Shown: positions 63,099 to 64,000 of the stretch, piece after piece
Layout of the letters: each line of letters starts with the position of its first letter
How positions within the stretch are numbered: the stretch's first letter is position 1
Source of the DNA: Folioceros fuciformis
Lineage: Eukaryota
DNA length: 64,000 nt
NCBI GenBank assembly: GCA_049999805.1
Contig: JBNGIO010006265.1
Coordinates: 53,161-117,160 of the forward strand
Reading direction: 5' to 3'
The notes under the pieces: model-generated
Database searches by the model: none
Seen by the model: only the letters and a program-made list of their open reading frames with translations
Told to the model about the DNA's origin: nothing
Made by a program: the position numbers and the translations under genes

Positions 63099-64000
63099 CC
63101 ATCCACCTCTCCCGCCAGCCTGAGCCGCGACACGATCGCACCAGCATTACCTCACACCAATTCTCCCACTGCGATTCGGATTCGAATTCGGATTCGGATT
63201 CGGACACAACAACATAGGCAGGAACCTGAGACGAGCCTACGCCTACCAAATTGCTTTTGAAGCCATGGAGAATTGCACTGTCCAGTCAGTGAACGGAAGT
63301 CCCAGCCTCGGTACAGATCGCACGCGGAAGTTGCCTCCGCATTCGGCCTGGAGCCAGAGAAGCTGCTGATGGAGCGGAGCCTCCAGGAAAGGTCTCACGC
63401 CAAGGAGCGCATGCGTCCACAACCGACCAATCCTGAGTTGGAGCGGAGAATCGGGAGTCAGGAGGAGCCGCAAGCCTTCCGCTCCTCCCAAGTCGCAGTG
63501 TCACACGAAACAGTTACGGGACGTATAGCCATGCTGGGATCCTTGGAGCATGCCAGCCGTGTTCTCAAACAAGTCCGATGCGTCTTTTCAGTAAGACAAA
63601 CATCAGACAACAAACGTTTAGAACAAGGCACTTGTGGCTCCTTGGCTTTGGGCTTTGCAGCAGGCGGCCCGCGCAGGGCTGTACGGATGGAGGGAGGGGG
63701 ACAATCGTTTGGAGTGTTCAATTAACTACAACTATGCGATTAATTCATCGAAAATTCACGTTGTCAAGTCATTTTGCACAAGGCCTCGGTGGCAAGATCC
63801 ACATCGAAGATGAGTGGTCATACCGGTGGATGCCTTTCCTAAATTGCGATAGTCCGAGGACGGCAAAGGAGGCGACGACGTGGTTGAAGTTAGATCGGTG
63901 GTCGGGTTTGATTCCGATCATTATTTGAGGGACCAGATGGAGCAAAGCTTCGTTCGTCATGAATGACAAGATCGGACTTCTGCAGCCGTTTCCTGGGCCC

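Noticed and set aside
63266-64000. Possible gene start divergent from the patatin gene (ORF 63273-63725)
   Set aside because: No recognisable motif or convincing exon structure within the window; cannot be supported.

Overview
Gene-dense, intron-containing nuclear DNA from a non-flowering land plant. It is most likely a hornwort (Anthoceros-like), inferred from the DYW:KP/'DRH'-class editing factors and the very short introns and intergenic gaps. Housekeeping genes recognisable after manual splicing: a group-IV CDPK, a plastid RNI-like LRR protein, PRC1 RING1, tRNA-Gln(CTG), a TraB-like plastid protein, SDH5, eIF2-beta, the plastid S2P/RseP protease ARASP, a DUF21-CBS Mg transporter, CLP1, a COMMD10-like protein (absent from the ORF track) and a patatin-like lipase. 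The centrepiece is a cluster at 20.4-33.1 kb of four intronless PLS-PPR genes ending in DYW:KP-type deaminase domains, which are candidate organellar U-to-C editing enzymes. A decayed fifth copy lies among them. Three of the four carry an N-terminal OSB-type 'PDF' single-stranded nucleic-acid-binding motif fused ahead of the PPR array, and the fourth appears to have deleted it. A longer PPR gene with a truncated WW-type DYW lies at 38-41.6 kb. Repeat- or TE-derived islands lie at about 42.4-48.4 kb and 54.4-56.7 kb. Exon boundaries were read by eye, and several N gaps limit certainty.
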